Origin: Lama guanicoe
Lineage: Eukaryota
Reading direction: 5' to 3'
DNA: 64,000 nt
NCBI GenBank assembly: GCA_013239625.1
Contig: MU053881.1
Span: 16,732,373-16,796,372, forward strand
Part shown: piece by piece, positions 23,598 through 36,092 of the stretch
Layout: each line of letters begins with the position of its first letter
How positions within the stretch are numbered: the first letter of the stretch is position 1
Position numbers and translations under genes: made by a program
The notes under the pieces: generated by a model
Seen by the model: the letters and a program-made list of their open reading frames with translations, nothing else
The model's database searches: none
What the model was told of the DNA's origin: nothing

Positions 23598-25284
23598 ATA
23601 TCTACCCGGTTTTTCAGGCCAAAGACTTGGGTGCCATTTGTGGCAGATGCTGTCAATGCCCCAGCCATACCCCTTTGCCCTGAGCATTTCAGTGCTCCCA
23701 GCTCCACTCCCAAATGCCAGCAGCAGGGACTCTGCCTGGGGGACTTCTCTGGCCACGTGGCAGATCTGAGGTACCAGAGAATGAAAATCTCCCAGGGGCA
23801 GTGCTTGACCAATGACTGATGGAAGGTGGAGGATCAGTACCCCAGCCTTGTGCCCCTCAAGTGGGATAACTGAAGTGCAGGTTCCATGCAGAGTCCACAG
23901 GCATAATCTTCTCACTAACACACCCTCCCTTGGCTGCCCTCTCTCCTAATCCACTTTCCCTCCCCGAAGCAGCCCCTCCTGACATTGCTTTCCAAATAAT
24001 GGAGGACGGGGCACTCAAGCCATGACAATGACCCTCTTCCCCTCACTCTCCACCTCCAAGACATCAGCAAGGTCCACCCTCGGGGCTCCCTTTCCAGTCT
24101 CTCCCACCTGGACACTGTCCCTGCCTCCTTCCTGCCCCCGACAGCCCCATCTGCAGCTGGCAGCCACACGGAACATTTAACACCATCAATCCAGTTAAGC
24201 TCAAGCTCTCTCACAGCACACCTAGAACAGATCCCAGCTCTTCCCCCTGGCCCCAAGGCCCTGCATGATTGGCCCCTGCTAACCCTGGATGGCCCTTTTG
24301 CTCATGCCACTCCGTCCACACACTGGCTTTTGCTGTTCTTCTGTTTTTCACACTGAGTCTCAGGGCCTTTGCATGTGCTCTGCCCGCTGTCTGGGATGCT
24401 CTCTCTGCATCTCTGTGTGGCTGTGGGTGGCTGGCTCCTCCTCATCCCGCCTGTCCCAGCTCTATGCCACCTACTTCAGGAGGTCTTCCCTGACTGTTCC
24501 TCTCACTCCCCTACCAGCAAACTCACTGATGTCCATCAGACCAGCCCCTGTTTCATTTCTACTACTGTCAAAACTTCTCTGCCATGCAGGGGGCCTGAAG
24601 GGCACATAGGCCTCGACCTCAGGGCATCTGGAGGTCCAATCATTCCCTGAAAAGCTGGGGTTCATTCATTTATTCATTCATCTACTCCACAGATTCATTA
24701 GTTGAACACCTTTGATGTGCCAGGTCCTCTCTGAGGGATGAGAGAAGCAGAGGTGAACCAGCCAGACAGATTCCCAGGCCTCCCAGGGCTCCCAGTCTGA
24801 TGGGGAGGCAGGCAGGAAACATGAAAACCCATAAATAAACAAGACATTTCACATTTTGAGGAATTCTCTGCTGCAAATAAACAGGATGATGTGAGGGAGA
24901 AGGCAGGGGGCAATTTTGAGTCTGGAGACTGGGGAGGGAGACAGCTGAAGAAGAACTGACGGAGAAGACAGGCGTGGGAAATCTGGGGGCAGAGCACACA
25001 GCACATGCACAGGCCCTGAGGCTGGCTCAGCATGTCTGAACGACAGAAGTGTTGGCAGAGGGGCTGGACTCGGCTGGCGGTGGGTAGGAGGAGCTGAGGT
25101 TGGAGCTGGGATTTCAATCACAGTACCTCAGGAAATCACTGGAAGGTTTTCAGCTTGGAGCTACAGAATCTAATCCTGATTCTAGAAAGTCTCTTCTGGC
25201 AGCTGTTGGCCACCTCTGCTCCTGCATCGCCTCCCTCCCCCCAACCCTCTTCTAGATTGGAGGTGCCAGCTTTCTGTCACATAC

Positions 25285-25419
25285 CTCTTCAGGTGCGGCC
25301 ACTGGACGGGAGGAGGAATTCAGATGTTTGCTGGGGCTGTGGGTGGAGCTGGCGGCTTCCTCAGCCAATGCAATGGAGTAAAGGAAGAGTTCCTCATAAT
25401 CTACGTATGCAGGATCCTT
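25285..25419 (-). CDS. HSH2D: HSH2D coding exon 4 (KDPAYVDYEELFLYS...PVAAPEE)
   Basis: ccgcag|AAG...GAG|gtatg; 135 nt, phase 0/0. Confidence 0.92.
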
Positions 25420-25534
25420 CTGCGGGCAGAGGGGGGATCTGCAGCTCAGTCCCAAGGAGGGGGAGGGGTTGGGTCTAGGGTTCCAGCTCCCATAAGTCAG
25501 GACTCAGAGGTGCTCCACCTACACACCTTGTAAA

Positions 25535-25800
25535 GAGGCATGCCCTCCCACAGCAGCTACGGAGAGCTGGGCCCCGCCACTGGGCCTTATGGAAATATGC
25601 CCCTCCCATAGCAGCTTCTGGGGGCTAGACCCCGCCCACTGGGCCTAATTAGGAAATATGCTGCACTACCCAGCCGCTTGGCTTCTCTGGGGGCTAGGCC
25701 ACGCCCACCAGTCCTTAAGGAGATATGCCCTTCCCACGGCAGCTGCTGAGGGCAAGGCCCTGCTCCGAGAGACTTTAAGGAAATGTACGATTCCCATAGG
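25535..25800. repeat. Degenerate minisatellite, about 55-60 bp unit, about 5 copies
   Basis: Recurring GG(A)AATATGCCCYTCCCAYRGCAGCT...GGGGCTAGRCCMCGCCCAC...CCTTA block. Confidence 0.65.
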
Positions 25801-25996
25801 TCAGCCAAGGTTAGACCGGCACAGATGAAAAAAAATCAGGCGGGGACCAAGGACCAGGAGGGCCGGGCCACAGGGGAAGGGGACCACAAGAGTGACAGAA
25901 TCACAAGAGGCTGAGGGGGGCATGTGGGAGCAGAAGAGTCTAGGGCACTTGGACCTTGGGTGGACAGCTGTGGCCCTTGTGGGTCCCAACCCTCAC

Positions 25997-26162
25997 CTGC
26001 CCGCAAGGCTGCGTCAGCAGATCCCCGTGCGGCTGCATCGGCCGCTGCTGGTAGAAGGTGACCAAAGCGTCTAGAGAGGTGTGGGCTCTCGCCTCCCCAG
26101 GGATCATGAAGCTCCCATCATCCAAAAGTTTCACCATGAAGTGGCGGCAGCAGTTTTCAGCT
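25997..26162 (-). CDS. HSH2D: HSH2D coding exon 3 (SH2 C-half: AENCCRHFMVKLLDDG...LLTQPCGQ)
   Basis: cgcag|A...CAG|gtgag; 166 nt. Confidence 0.95.
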
Positions 26163-27171
26163 CTGCGGAGACACTGCTGGGGCTCAGACATCCCGTTCTT
26201 TCTCATTCCATCCCCACCCCCAAGCCCTTGAGCTCATCAGGGCTGCAGTCCAGCTGCCCAAGCTCCCTTGTAAGCTCTTCCACTCATTAGGCATGTGACG
26301 CTTGGCAGGCGACTGCACTGTGCCTTAGTTTCCCTCTTTATAACATAAGGCTACTCAGGCTGATCTCAGGAGTTCTTGTGAAGATGAACCAGCTACTGCA
26401 GGAAGAAGCTGGCAAGAGGTGCCTGGCAAGGGGTAAATGATCGATAGAAATGATAACAATGAAAATTGGAGTCAGGCCCCAGCCTAAGGCTGTGTGTCTG
26501 GCACACAGCAGATACTCAATAAATGCTCCATTATTAATGAGTGGATGCATTTATGAATGGCCCATGATATGCTTCCTAAATCTCATTTAATCCTCACATC
26601 AAGACTTTTAATTTTAGCATTCCGCTGTTAGAGATGAGGACTTTAGGGGAGGCACAGAAAGGTTGAGCAACTTGTCCAAGAACACACAGTGTGTAAGTGG
26701 CAGAGCCGAGCCTTGGACTGTGTGACTCAGGGCCTAAGCTTTTCTCCTCTATGGGTAGCTCTGAAATCGGGCCATTTAAAAAATTCCTTTGACCTGGAAT
26801 CCTTTTGAAAAGTAGTTTGTGCTGCTGAATCCTCTGAGATACCGATTCAGGCACTGAGATTTCAAGGAGCCTGGCTGCTCTGGTTTCCCTAACATGAGAT
26901 AGTTGCCATTTAGATGGTGGGGGAGAGGGGTAGTTGTGGGGAAAGGTGGCTCCCAGCAGCCCCTGTTCTTAGACACACTGTCTCAGTTATCACCAGGCCC
27001 AGGTCTGCTGGTTACAGCCAGACCTACAGCCACTCACTCTTTAGTGAGATCTGGTCAGAGCTTCACACTGGTTGCTCACTGAGAAACTGTGGTATGAGGC
27101 ACCCTTTGCCCCAACTCAAGGAAGCCCTGGAGCCCTCCTGCTCCTGCCCTGGCCCCTAGCCCAGGTCTTAC

Positions 27172-27261
27172 TTGTAAGAGAGTGTGTAGCCCACGTGGCT
27201 GTGGCTGACCCTGATGAGGAAGGATCCCAGTGGCTGTGATTCCAGTAAGTTCTCGGCATCT
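27172..27261 (-). CDS. HSH2D: HSH2D coding exon 2 (DAENLLESQPLGSFLIRVSHSHVGYTLSY)
   Basis: ttccag|A...AA|gtaag; 90 nt; SH2 FLIRVS (FLVRES-type) motif. Confidence 0.95.
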
Positions 27262-27834
27262 CTGGAAGGGCACACACAGGAGAGAGACGGCTAAGGTCCA
27301 GGTGCCCAGCATACTGGTCAGTCATCCCAGTGCTGGTGCCCCCGTGAACAAACAACCTAAAACTTCTTTTTTTTCTCTCCTGATTGTTTCAGACCTTTGG
27401 ATAATCAGGGACAGGGGTGTTCCCCAGAGGTGGCAGGAGGCCTCTGATGACCTTGACCATCTTCCACAATCCCTGCTCTCCTTCCCAATGCCTGGAAGGC
27501 CCCCATTAAGGCACCTTTGGGTGGCTCAAGGTGTCACAGGTAATAAAGCAGGAGCTGTTCTCAGGTACATTTGATTTCAAGACCCAGCTCTGCTGCTCAT
27601 TAGCTCTGTGACCCCTGGCAAGGGTCAGTCCCTTTCTGACCTCCAGCCTTCTTATGGGGAAAGTAAACCTTTATTCTCGGGGCCCACGTGAGGACAGATG
27701 AAATGCATGCAGTGTGAGGGTGGGAACCGCCATCTGGTAAGAACTCACAAGATGCTTACTGTTATGATTACTACTATCCCAGGATCACACAGAGTGAGAC
27801 AGCCTTCTCTGGGACAAGATGAGGACTCTGGACC

Positions 27835-28110
27835 CTCCAGTACAGAGCCCACTGGCTACATGTGGTGCTGCGCACTTGAAATGGGGCTGTAGGGACTGAG
27901 ATGTGCTTTTAGCATTCAATATGTGCCCGATTTTGAGGGCTTAGTGCTTGCTACTTGTCAAATTGAGAATATCTTGGATATCCTGGGTTAAATAGAAGAT
28001 ATGATTAAAATTAATTCCACCTGTTTTTTAAATGTCTTTTAATATAGCTACTAAACAAATTAAAAATTGCAATGAGCAGCTCACATTATATTTCTATTGA
28101 CACACTCCAG
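27835..28110. mobile_element. MER3/MER33-like DNA transposon relic
   Basis: CACTGGCTACATGTGG...CACTTGAAATG...ACATTATATTTCTATTG motifs. Confidence 0.6.
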
Positions 28111-28643
28111 AACGCAGAAACCATGCCCAATTCCTCCTCTGTGGTTTTCACAATGTTTCCTCAATTTCCTGTGGGAAGAATGTGGCAATAACTGTTCTTT
28201 TTGCCATTTATTTAGAGCCAGTCCCTGGGGGTGACTAGGTGGATTTGTTCATGTCCTCACAGCTCAGTCTGACATAGCAAGTGCGCATGGGTTACAGCTC
28301 TGATGGATTGAGAGCAGCTGTTTGGGGCGCTGTGTTAAGAAGGATTCTGAGGCTGCATCCCACCATCATAGATTGGTGAAGCTGCATCCCCACCTGGGTG
28401 AGGTTGTGGGGCAGGGGCGGGGGGTGGAGCAGTCAGGTCCAGTAACTTGCCCGAGGTCACACAGTGAGTCAGTCCCTAGAGGGGGCAAGGATTCAAGCCT
28501 GGGATTCCAGAGTCTTTTCACCTACACTGTTAACACACTTAGCTGAGCTAAGCCCAGAATTCTGCAGTGCGGACATGCCCAGGGTGGGAGCAGACAAGGA
28601 AAGAGGGTGAAGGGCAGGGTAGAAGGTGTAGGTGCATCCTTAC

Positions 28644-28768
28644 TCTCTCGAGATGGCCCCATGGAACCACTCAGGGACCCCTCCATGGGCCAGCTGGCCC
28701 ATCTGCGTCTGCACAAACCAGGCCAGTCGTGGAGGCAGTGGTGGGGGCAGCTGTCTGGCCTCTGTCAT
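28644..28768 (-). CDS. HSH2D: HSH2D first coding exon (MTEARQLPPPLPPRLAWFVQTQ...EWFHGAISR)
   Basis: GCCATGA start; acceptor ccccag at 28793-28794, so the exon begins at 28792; GA|gtaag donor; WFHG SH2 start. Hematopoietic SH2 domain-containing protein. Confidence 0.95.
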
Positions 28769-29690
28769 GGCTTCCGGGGGACAGGCAGTGACCTGGGGGT
28801 GGGAGGGAAGAAAGAGAGTCAAGCCTGGTCCACCTCCCACCTTTGCTCTTTTCTTGCAGCTCATGGTGCCACCTCCTTTGAGAAGTCCTCCAGGTGGCGC
28901 AGACCAATGGGATTGAAATAGGCTTCTTGAGCACCTACTGTGTGCTGGCACTTAATGCACGGTCATTCATCGACTCCTCTCCTAAATCCCCCAAGGGTTT
29001 TCCCTTTTCCTTTTATTCTTCTTATGCCATTACAAGTCAGAATGTTCCTTTTTAGAAATATCTGTATTAAAGTTTAAAAACTGAGTTTATTTAAATCTTA
29101 AGTAAATAGCATTGTTCCTGGAGGGATGTAGAGATGGCAAAATGATAAGGGAGTGAATAAAATAGCAGATACCTTGTGGGTGCCATAAAGGGTTGCAGTG
29201 GTTTCATTAAGCACTACAGAGACGTGGCCCCAAACAGTTGCTTCTGCCACCAGTGTCACCACGAGTGGCACATCTATAATGTACCAGGTACATGGTTAAT
29301 ACACACTCATTCTCAACAGTTTTAAGCTCAGGTACCACTGGACTTTATGAGCCAATGACACAGAGCTGGAAAACGAAGAAAATAGCACCGATTTGCAAAA
29401 CAGTATTAAGGCGATGAAACTCCAGCAGAAGGGTTGTGCCCTGCTGGAGTTGTCCACACAGAATCCCTTATTCTCGCTCTTAATTCCGTCCCCAAACTGG
29501 TCTAATTATTCAGTATCTCAGAAGGTCTTTGTTATCAAGCTGTTTCCACAGAAAGGGGCATGCTGACCAAAACAGTCAATATTGTCTGTCTCTTAACAGA
29601 GGACACACCCAACACACATGCCCTCTGGGGAAGGACCCAAAGGAATTCTGTGAAAAGTGAAATTAAATAGATCTATTAAGAAATGCTTAA

Positions 29691-29811
29691 GGGGGGAAGG
29701 TATAGCTCAGTGGTATGCATGAGGTCCTGGGTTCAGTTCCCAGGACTTCCATTAGAAACAAACAAACAAGCAAACAAATCTAGTTAACTCCTCCCCCCAC
29801 CAAATAAAGAG
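29691..29811 (+). mobile_element. tRNA-Ala-derived SINE with internal deletion
   Basis: TAGCTCAGTGGTA joined directly to TGCATGAGGTCC; near-TSD AGAAATGYTTAA on both sides. Confidence 0.8.
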
Positions 29812-30540
29812 AGAAATGTTTAATAAAGCAGAGTGACAAAGCAATTAAGAGCCCAATCAGAGCCAGACAGCCTGGGGTCAAACCCCAGCTCTTCCACTTA
29901 GCTTCTGTGTGATCTTGGGCAAGTCACTTAACCTCTCTGGGCCAGTAGTTTTCATCTGCAATTTGCAGATCATGATGACAATTACCTGAGAAGGTATAGT
30001 TGGCACAGAGCTAAGCACTGTATGTATGTAATAAATATTCATGAATCCAGTAGTGACCTAGCATGAGGTAATGTTTACTGGGTTGTTCCTTTTACTATCT
30101 GGGAGAACTCCTACATGATCCTTCAAGACTCAACAAACATATCCCTCCTCCAGACAACTTTCGTGCCTCTTCTCCAAGACAAAGCCGTAGCACCCCTCTC
30201 TGTCCCCCTCCACATCAGCCCTAAGCACATCCTTGCTCTGCCCCAAACAGATCAAGCTCTCTGCTCCATGCCTTTGTCCATGCTGTGCCCCTGCCAGGAA
30301 CGCTCTTTCCCTAATTCCAGCTCTGTTTTCTATGGTCACCTGCCAGTACCCCCAGAAAATCCCTCATGCCTCTCTGGACCCCGCCAGCCCTGTCCCTTCT
30401 TCTGGCCCAGCCTGGCCCCCATGCTCTGTCTTCTCAAGGCCTGAGAGGAGGCTGAGGCTCCTGGGGCCCCCGCCTCACCCAGCATGGGGGTAGGCACAGA
30501 GGTAGGCACGAAGCTGACTGAGGGGGACCCCTGCTTTGGC

Positions 30541-30700
30541 ACGTACCTGGGAGAACCCTGGGGGGCCTGAGGCCCTTATGCTGGCTGTGCCTGGCGTCTG
30601 CAGGAGCCTGGGTTTCGGTTCAGGGTCTGCACGTCAGCGGGGCGGGGCCGCTGCCCCAGATGGTTCCTGTTTCCTTAAGCAGGTGAGCCCTGGGCGGGGA
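30541..30700 (-). promoter_or_regulatory. Probable HSH2D promoter and non-coding exon 1
   Basis: Donor CCAG|gtacgt at 30547/30546; IRF/ISRE-like GAACCGAAACC 30611-30621; TGACGT 30631-30636; GC box ~30639; tandem ETS AGGAAACAGGAACC 30662-30675. Confidence 0.55.
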
Positions 30701-32809
30701 CTAGGACAACCCCCTCCTGCCCCCATCTGTAGTCCAGTCAAGCCACTGAGCTGCATGCAGGTAGCGGGACACCCTTGCTCCACTCAGACCGTGACAAACC
30801 TTTATTGAACACCTATAGTATGTCAGATCCTCAGGGGACAGAGAGGTTGACCTGAAAGCCAGGCATAGGCCCTGCCCTCCCAGCACCTATAACCGAGTGA
30901 GACGTGAAGGGCGGATGCGATGTTGCTGTGTCAAAGTGGACAGCCTGTTGGGCAGGGGGTGCTGGAGGTGCAAGAACCCCCAGAGGGGGCCTAACTGATG
31001 AGGAGGAAGGGGCACCAGGGGACAGGTTGGAGTCAACTTGATTAGGGGAAGGGAGTTTTGCAGAAAATGTACTCTGGGGGAGGGAATAGCATGAGCAAAA
31101 GCCCCGAGGCCTCACTGTGTGCAAAGGGCTGCAGTATGACTTCCTCTGTTGAAAAAAAAATTACGTTTTATGACCGCATTGACATCAAGACCCATGTAGC
31201 CCAGGCTGAATTCATTTTATATATTTAACATTATTGTAATTCATTTTTCCCTTCTGATTAAAAAAAAAAAACAGAAAACTAAAGCATTTTGCAGGCCTCA
31301 ACACACGCACTATGGACCCTGAATGTGGGAACTCCTGCCTAACAGATCAGCTAGCCTCAGATGTGTGCTGGCTGCCTCACCCCTCCCAGCACCCAGGCAA
31401 AACCACTTCCTCCTCCCTTTATGGGCAGAAACAGCCCAGATCCTTGTGGCTGAGCTGAAGGCCTCCCGCAGGCCTATCGCCCTGGCCCAGCTGGTCTAGT
31501 TAGCCCCACTGCAGGCTCAAGCTGGATGCCCCAACTGCCCCCTGCTCGGTGGTTTTGGGGGCTGGGGGGGGGTGGACTTGTCCTGGAGTCTGCAGGTCAA
31601 CTAGGCTCAAGCAGGAAACATGGAACCTGTGCTTCTCACTCACCCTCTACGTGGCCTTAAAAAAAAAAAAAGCCAAAAAATTTTTTAAAATTCTCTAGGC
31701 CTCAGTTTCCTCCTCTGTGAAGTGAGCGTGAGACGTGATGATGATCAGGAGAGACGACCTTCGAGTGCAGCATGGCGCTCAGCTAAGAGCGATAATGTTA
31801 GGACTCTTCACTGTGACTTAAGCTGATGGCTTTGTGCCTGGCGTAGGGGGAGACGCAAGCTTGGGCGCCAGGTCTCATGAGCTGGGCCACCTTGGCAACT
31901 CACTTCACGTCTCTGATCCTCCGTGCCTTTCACGGCCCAATGGATCCAGCCTCCATGAGAGGAGCAATGCCGTTAGGGAGGGGATCAGAGACCGTTTTAC
32001 TTCGAAAGCCTGGCCACGGGGGATCTCATTCACACAGAGTTCAGTCTACAGAAACAGGGCACATTTCAGTCCACTTCTGGCCCACCCCGCTGAGGCCCCA
32101 CCACTGAGGGGGCCGCCCTGATTGCCCTGACCTGTTTGGAGGATGTGGTCTTTCACAGACTAATGCCCTCCCTTGAGACTGTCACAGCAGAATCATCCCC
32201 CACCTCTTGGAGACCAGAATCTTTGAAACTGCGAACAGACATGTGGCCCTCAGAGGAACTTTCCAGAAGGGGACCAGCAGGGAGAGAGTGGGGCTGGTAC
32301 TCAAGGCTCTGCTCCTCCAAAGTTAGGCCCTTCCCCTTCCAAAGTCAGGTCTGGGATCCTCTGAGTGGGACAGTCACTGGCCCCATGTGGGGTGGCCCTC
32401 AGGATACGTGGCCACAGTGGTGTCTAAGCCCTGGGATACACTAAGGCTGTGGATGTCAGGGGTGGGGAAGTCCTGAGGCTCTGTCAACTCTGGGCTTTAT
32501 GCAATTTCATGGTTTTCTTGTCGTCCAATGCCTCCATTCTGTTAATTCATTCATCCACTGATTCCACAAACACTGGCTGAGTCCCAACTGCAGGCACCAT
32601 GCTCGATTCTGGGTATGAAGCAGAAAACAACAACAACAAAACCCAACAGGCACGGTCCCTGCCCTGCTGGTCCTGCTCATGGTCCCCGGGGAGAGATGCC
32701 GCACAGGTCCACACGCAGGAGAGCCTGGCGGAAGAGGAAACAGCAAGGGCAGAGGCCCTGGGATAGGAACAAACTTGGACGCTTGAGAAACAAACAGGCA
32801 AGGTGTCCA

Positions 32810-33248
32810 AGAGGTGGAGACAACCCAAATGTCCATCAGTGGGTGATCTCATAGAAGTTGTGGTCCATCCACACAATGGGATAGTCCTCGGCTGTAAAAA
32901 GGGATGGGGCTCCGATACACTACGACACGATGGATGTCGAAAACCTTACGGTAAGTGAAAGAAGCCAGATGAAAAAGGCCATGTTGTGTATGATTCTGTT
33001 TACATGAAATGTTTAGAACAGGCAAATCCATAGAGACAGAATAGATTAGTGGCTGCTGGGGGCTGGGGGCGGGGGGAATGGGGAGCGACTGCTAATTGGA
33101 TAGTGGGTGATAAAAATGTTCAAAAATTGACTGCAGTGAGGGTGGCACGAGGCTGTGAATATCCTAAAAGTTACTGAATTGCACACCCTGGTGGGTGAAT
33201 TGTATGGTGTGTGAACTGCAGCTCAATAAAGCTATTAAAAAAAAAAAG
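32810..33248 (+). mobile_element. L1MB-like 3'-end fragment
   Basis: ACAACCCAAATGTCCATCA...GGCAAATCCATAGAGACAGAA...CTCAATAAAGCT followed by poly(A). Confidence 0.8.
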
Positions 33249-34177
33249 AAGGCAAGGTGTCATCTGTCCCTGTACAAGGGGATGGTAGTGAAGGAGCCAC
33301 CCCATCAAAGTCCTTAGAAACAAGGAAAAGTAGTGACTCTGAGCAAGAGGCTGGGTATGAGGTGGGCCTAAGGAGTTCCAGGACTCCACCTGACCTGGCT
33401 GGGGCGGGGGCTGTGGAAATTTGGAGCATTATGGGGCAAACACTTAGAGCTTGAAGTTGTCAGTTATTTGGATGACTTGTTCCCCGTTAGAGACAAGAAG
33501 TAAAAAGAGACGTGAGTTTTTCTCTTGGGGCAAAAGACGAATAATGATGCAAATGATAATGAACATGACGATGCTGCTGCTGACAACGTGACAGCAGCTG
33601 GTCTGGGACACACCATCTCACCAGCTCTGCACAGCCATCCTGTGAGGTGGGAACTGGGATCACGCCCATTCTACAGATGAGGGAACTGAGGTTCAGCCCA
33701 TGGTTGTGCTGTGGGTCTGAAGCAGGATCTCGGGGAGGAGGGGTGCTCCTGAGAGGTGAGGAAGGGGGCTCACAACGGAGCAGTCAACTTGGCAAAATGA
33801 GTGCCAGGGGGATGAAGACCAGAGACTCTTGGTGGCATTATGGGAACTGGTGTTGACTGAGTGACTTACGCAGGGGGTGTGGGTGGCGCAGTGAGTGTTT
33901 GGCGGGGGACAGAGGAGGAGGGGAGCTGAGAAGCTTATTTTCCCAAGTCAGTCTTTTGATAATGGTGGCATCTTCTCAGAGCTCGGGGGGACCTTCTCCT
34001 CTAGCTTGGGGTAACCCACTGCCTCTACTTTGATCTTGTCCAGACTTGAGGCCCCTGTTGGCCTGGGCTGTGTTTTAAATAGTGGGCATCCTGTGACCCC
34101 ACCGCCCAACATCTGGCCATCTCCATGTACCTACATGGAAAATGTGGACATAAACATCCGTTAACTTTAAAATGAGC

Positions 34178-34278
34178 TTTAATTTGTTTGTTTTCCTTAA
34201 GTGCATTTATCGATGTAAACAGAGCATGTTAAGAGATTCCAGGGGAGAGCAGACTATTGCTGGTATGTTGGTTTTAAT
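34178..34278 (-). terminator. Candidate RAB8A poly(A) signals
   Basis: Minus-strand ATTAAA at 34273-34278 and 34178-34183, 1.2-1.3 kb after the stop codon. Confidence 0.45.
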
Positions 34279-35465
34279 TCAAAAAAGAAAGAAAGAAAGA
34301 AAGAAAAAAAAACTATGTGCCAACAGCTTGGATGGACAGCAGCTCGTGGGGTGGCGGGAGACAAAAAGAAAAAGAAAGGTTCCTGGGTGACACCCCACTG
34401 CCCTGGTTACCTGGGTTCCGACTGCAGTCTCCACGGGAAGGCGGAGCTGTCAAAACAGAACTGGGCGGCTGCAGTTAGAAACCCACCCGGACTGCTCTGC
34501 AGTCAGTCCCTATGGGCCACCCCACGCTGTCTGCCACGTCCAGCCGGGGGTATGTTCCTGATCACCCAGATTGGCTGTGGGAAATCGAAGACGGAATCGC
34601 CTGCTGGCATGACAACCTGGCGAAGTAAAAATCTCTGCTAGAAAGAACATCTGATTTGGAGATGGTGGGATGGCGAAGAGGGGGAGGCTCCCCGACTGCA
34701 GGCGGGCTGCGTGTTGACTGCGTTTTGGGGTCACCCGCATGACATGCATGGTGACCCCTCGGTGCTCAGGTGGAGCGCGGAGCAATCTGCTGGCCATGTC
34801 CGAGGCCCAGCTGGACCATGGGACCAAAACCTGGCTGTAAACAGGAAAGGCCACTCCATGCTTCTTTCCTCAGGATTTCCTTAATTTGTGCTTCCCTTTG
34901 GTTTGACTGTTAAAATGACAGGCGGCGGGGGATAACGGTTTCTGTCACTTGTCCAAAAGCTCAGAGAAGAGGTGAAAGCGGGTGTTGGAGGCGCTGGGCA
35001 GGCGCCTCCCGGGCCTGCTGTGAGTCACCTCACTCAGGAAGTGGAGCCGGCACTCCTGGAGCCGTCAGTGGCCTTTGGGAGCCTCCCTCCTGCCGCAGGG
35101 GGCGTGGACGGGTTTTCCAGCGGGGCTTTAGCCGTGTCGAGGCCCAGAGATGGAGGCCTGCCATTGCTGGCTGCTACTGACGGAAGCGCCTCCACTCCCT
35201 CTCTCTGTCAAGTTATTCGAGGCGTGGACCCATTTGACGGATGTCGCAGGAAAAATAGCAGATTCTGAAATCATTCCATCTCCGCAGTTGAAAAAGATCA
35301 GTTACTAAAATAAACAATTTCTCGATTGTGTTCTGGTGGCCACGGGCCCGGGAGCCGAGGCGCGGCGGGGGGTGTTGTGGGGGAGGGCCCTGGCCGAGTG
35401 AGGGGCTCACTCAGGACAGGCACAGTCAGCTCGGCTGAGCGAGGCTCAGAGTAAGGCGGCCTTCC

Positions 35466-35558
35466 TCACAGAAGAACACATCGGAAAAAGCTGCTCCTCT
35501 TCTGCTGGTCTGGTGTGATTTTGACTCCCTGGTTGCTCCCCTGGGGGCTGTTGCCTTC
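35466..35558 (-). CDS. RAB8A: RAB8A exon 8 (EGNSPQGSNQGVKITPDQQKRSSFFRCVLL*)
   Basis: tttcag|GAA; CAAX motif CVLL; TGA at 35466-35468. Spliced CDS 624 nt, 207 aa. Confidence 0.97.
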   Translation of the reverse strand, partial: EGNSPQGSNQGVKITPDQQKRSSFFRCVLL

Positions 35559-35617
35559 CTGAAATTGCAAGAGGTTTTCCGAGATTATGGCTGAGTATCG
35601 TGAGTACCAAGTCTCTT

Positions 35618-36092
35618 AACCAACCAGCCTGCCAACTAATGAACCAACCAACCATCCATCATCCATCCATCCCCTCCCTCGCTCCCTTCCTTCCAACCAG
35701 CCAACCACCTATCCATTCCGTCCCAACCAGCTGCCCATCCACCCCCTCCCATCCATCCATCCCGGCCCTTCCAACCAGCAGTCCACCTGTCCATTCCCTT
35801 GCATCTAACCACCCGCTTCCTTCACCCATCCATCTATCCAACTGTCCCCTCCAACAGACAACTCATCTTTCACAAACCCAGAGATCTGTTTTTTCATCTG
35901 CTACCCCACCCACCACTCCTTCTAACCATCCATTCTCTCAATCACTTATTCACCTACCCATCCACCCCCTTTCCATGCACCTTCTCAGCATCTTTGCAAC
36001 CACGGATTCACCTATCTCACTCTCCTCTTTCCCTACTTCCTTCTCTGTATTGAGCCACCCTTTCTCCTTTCCATTCATCTACCTACCCATCT
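35618..36092. repeat. Degenerate (CCAT/CCAA)n simple repeat in RAB8A intron 7
   Basis: Runs of CCATCCATCC and CCAACCAGCC. Confidence 0.8.
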
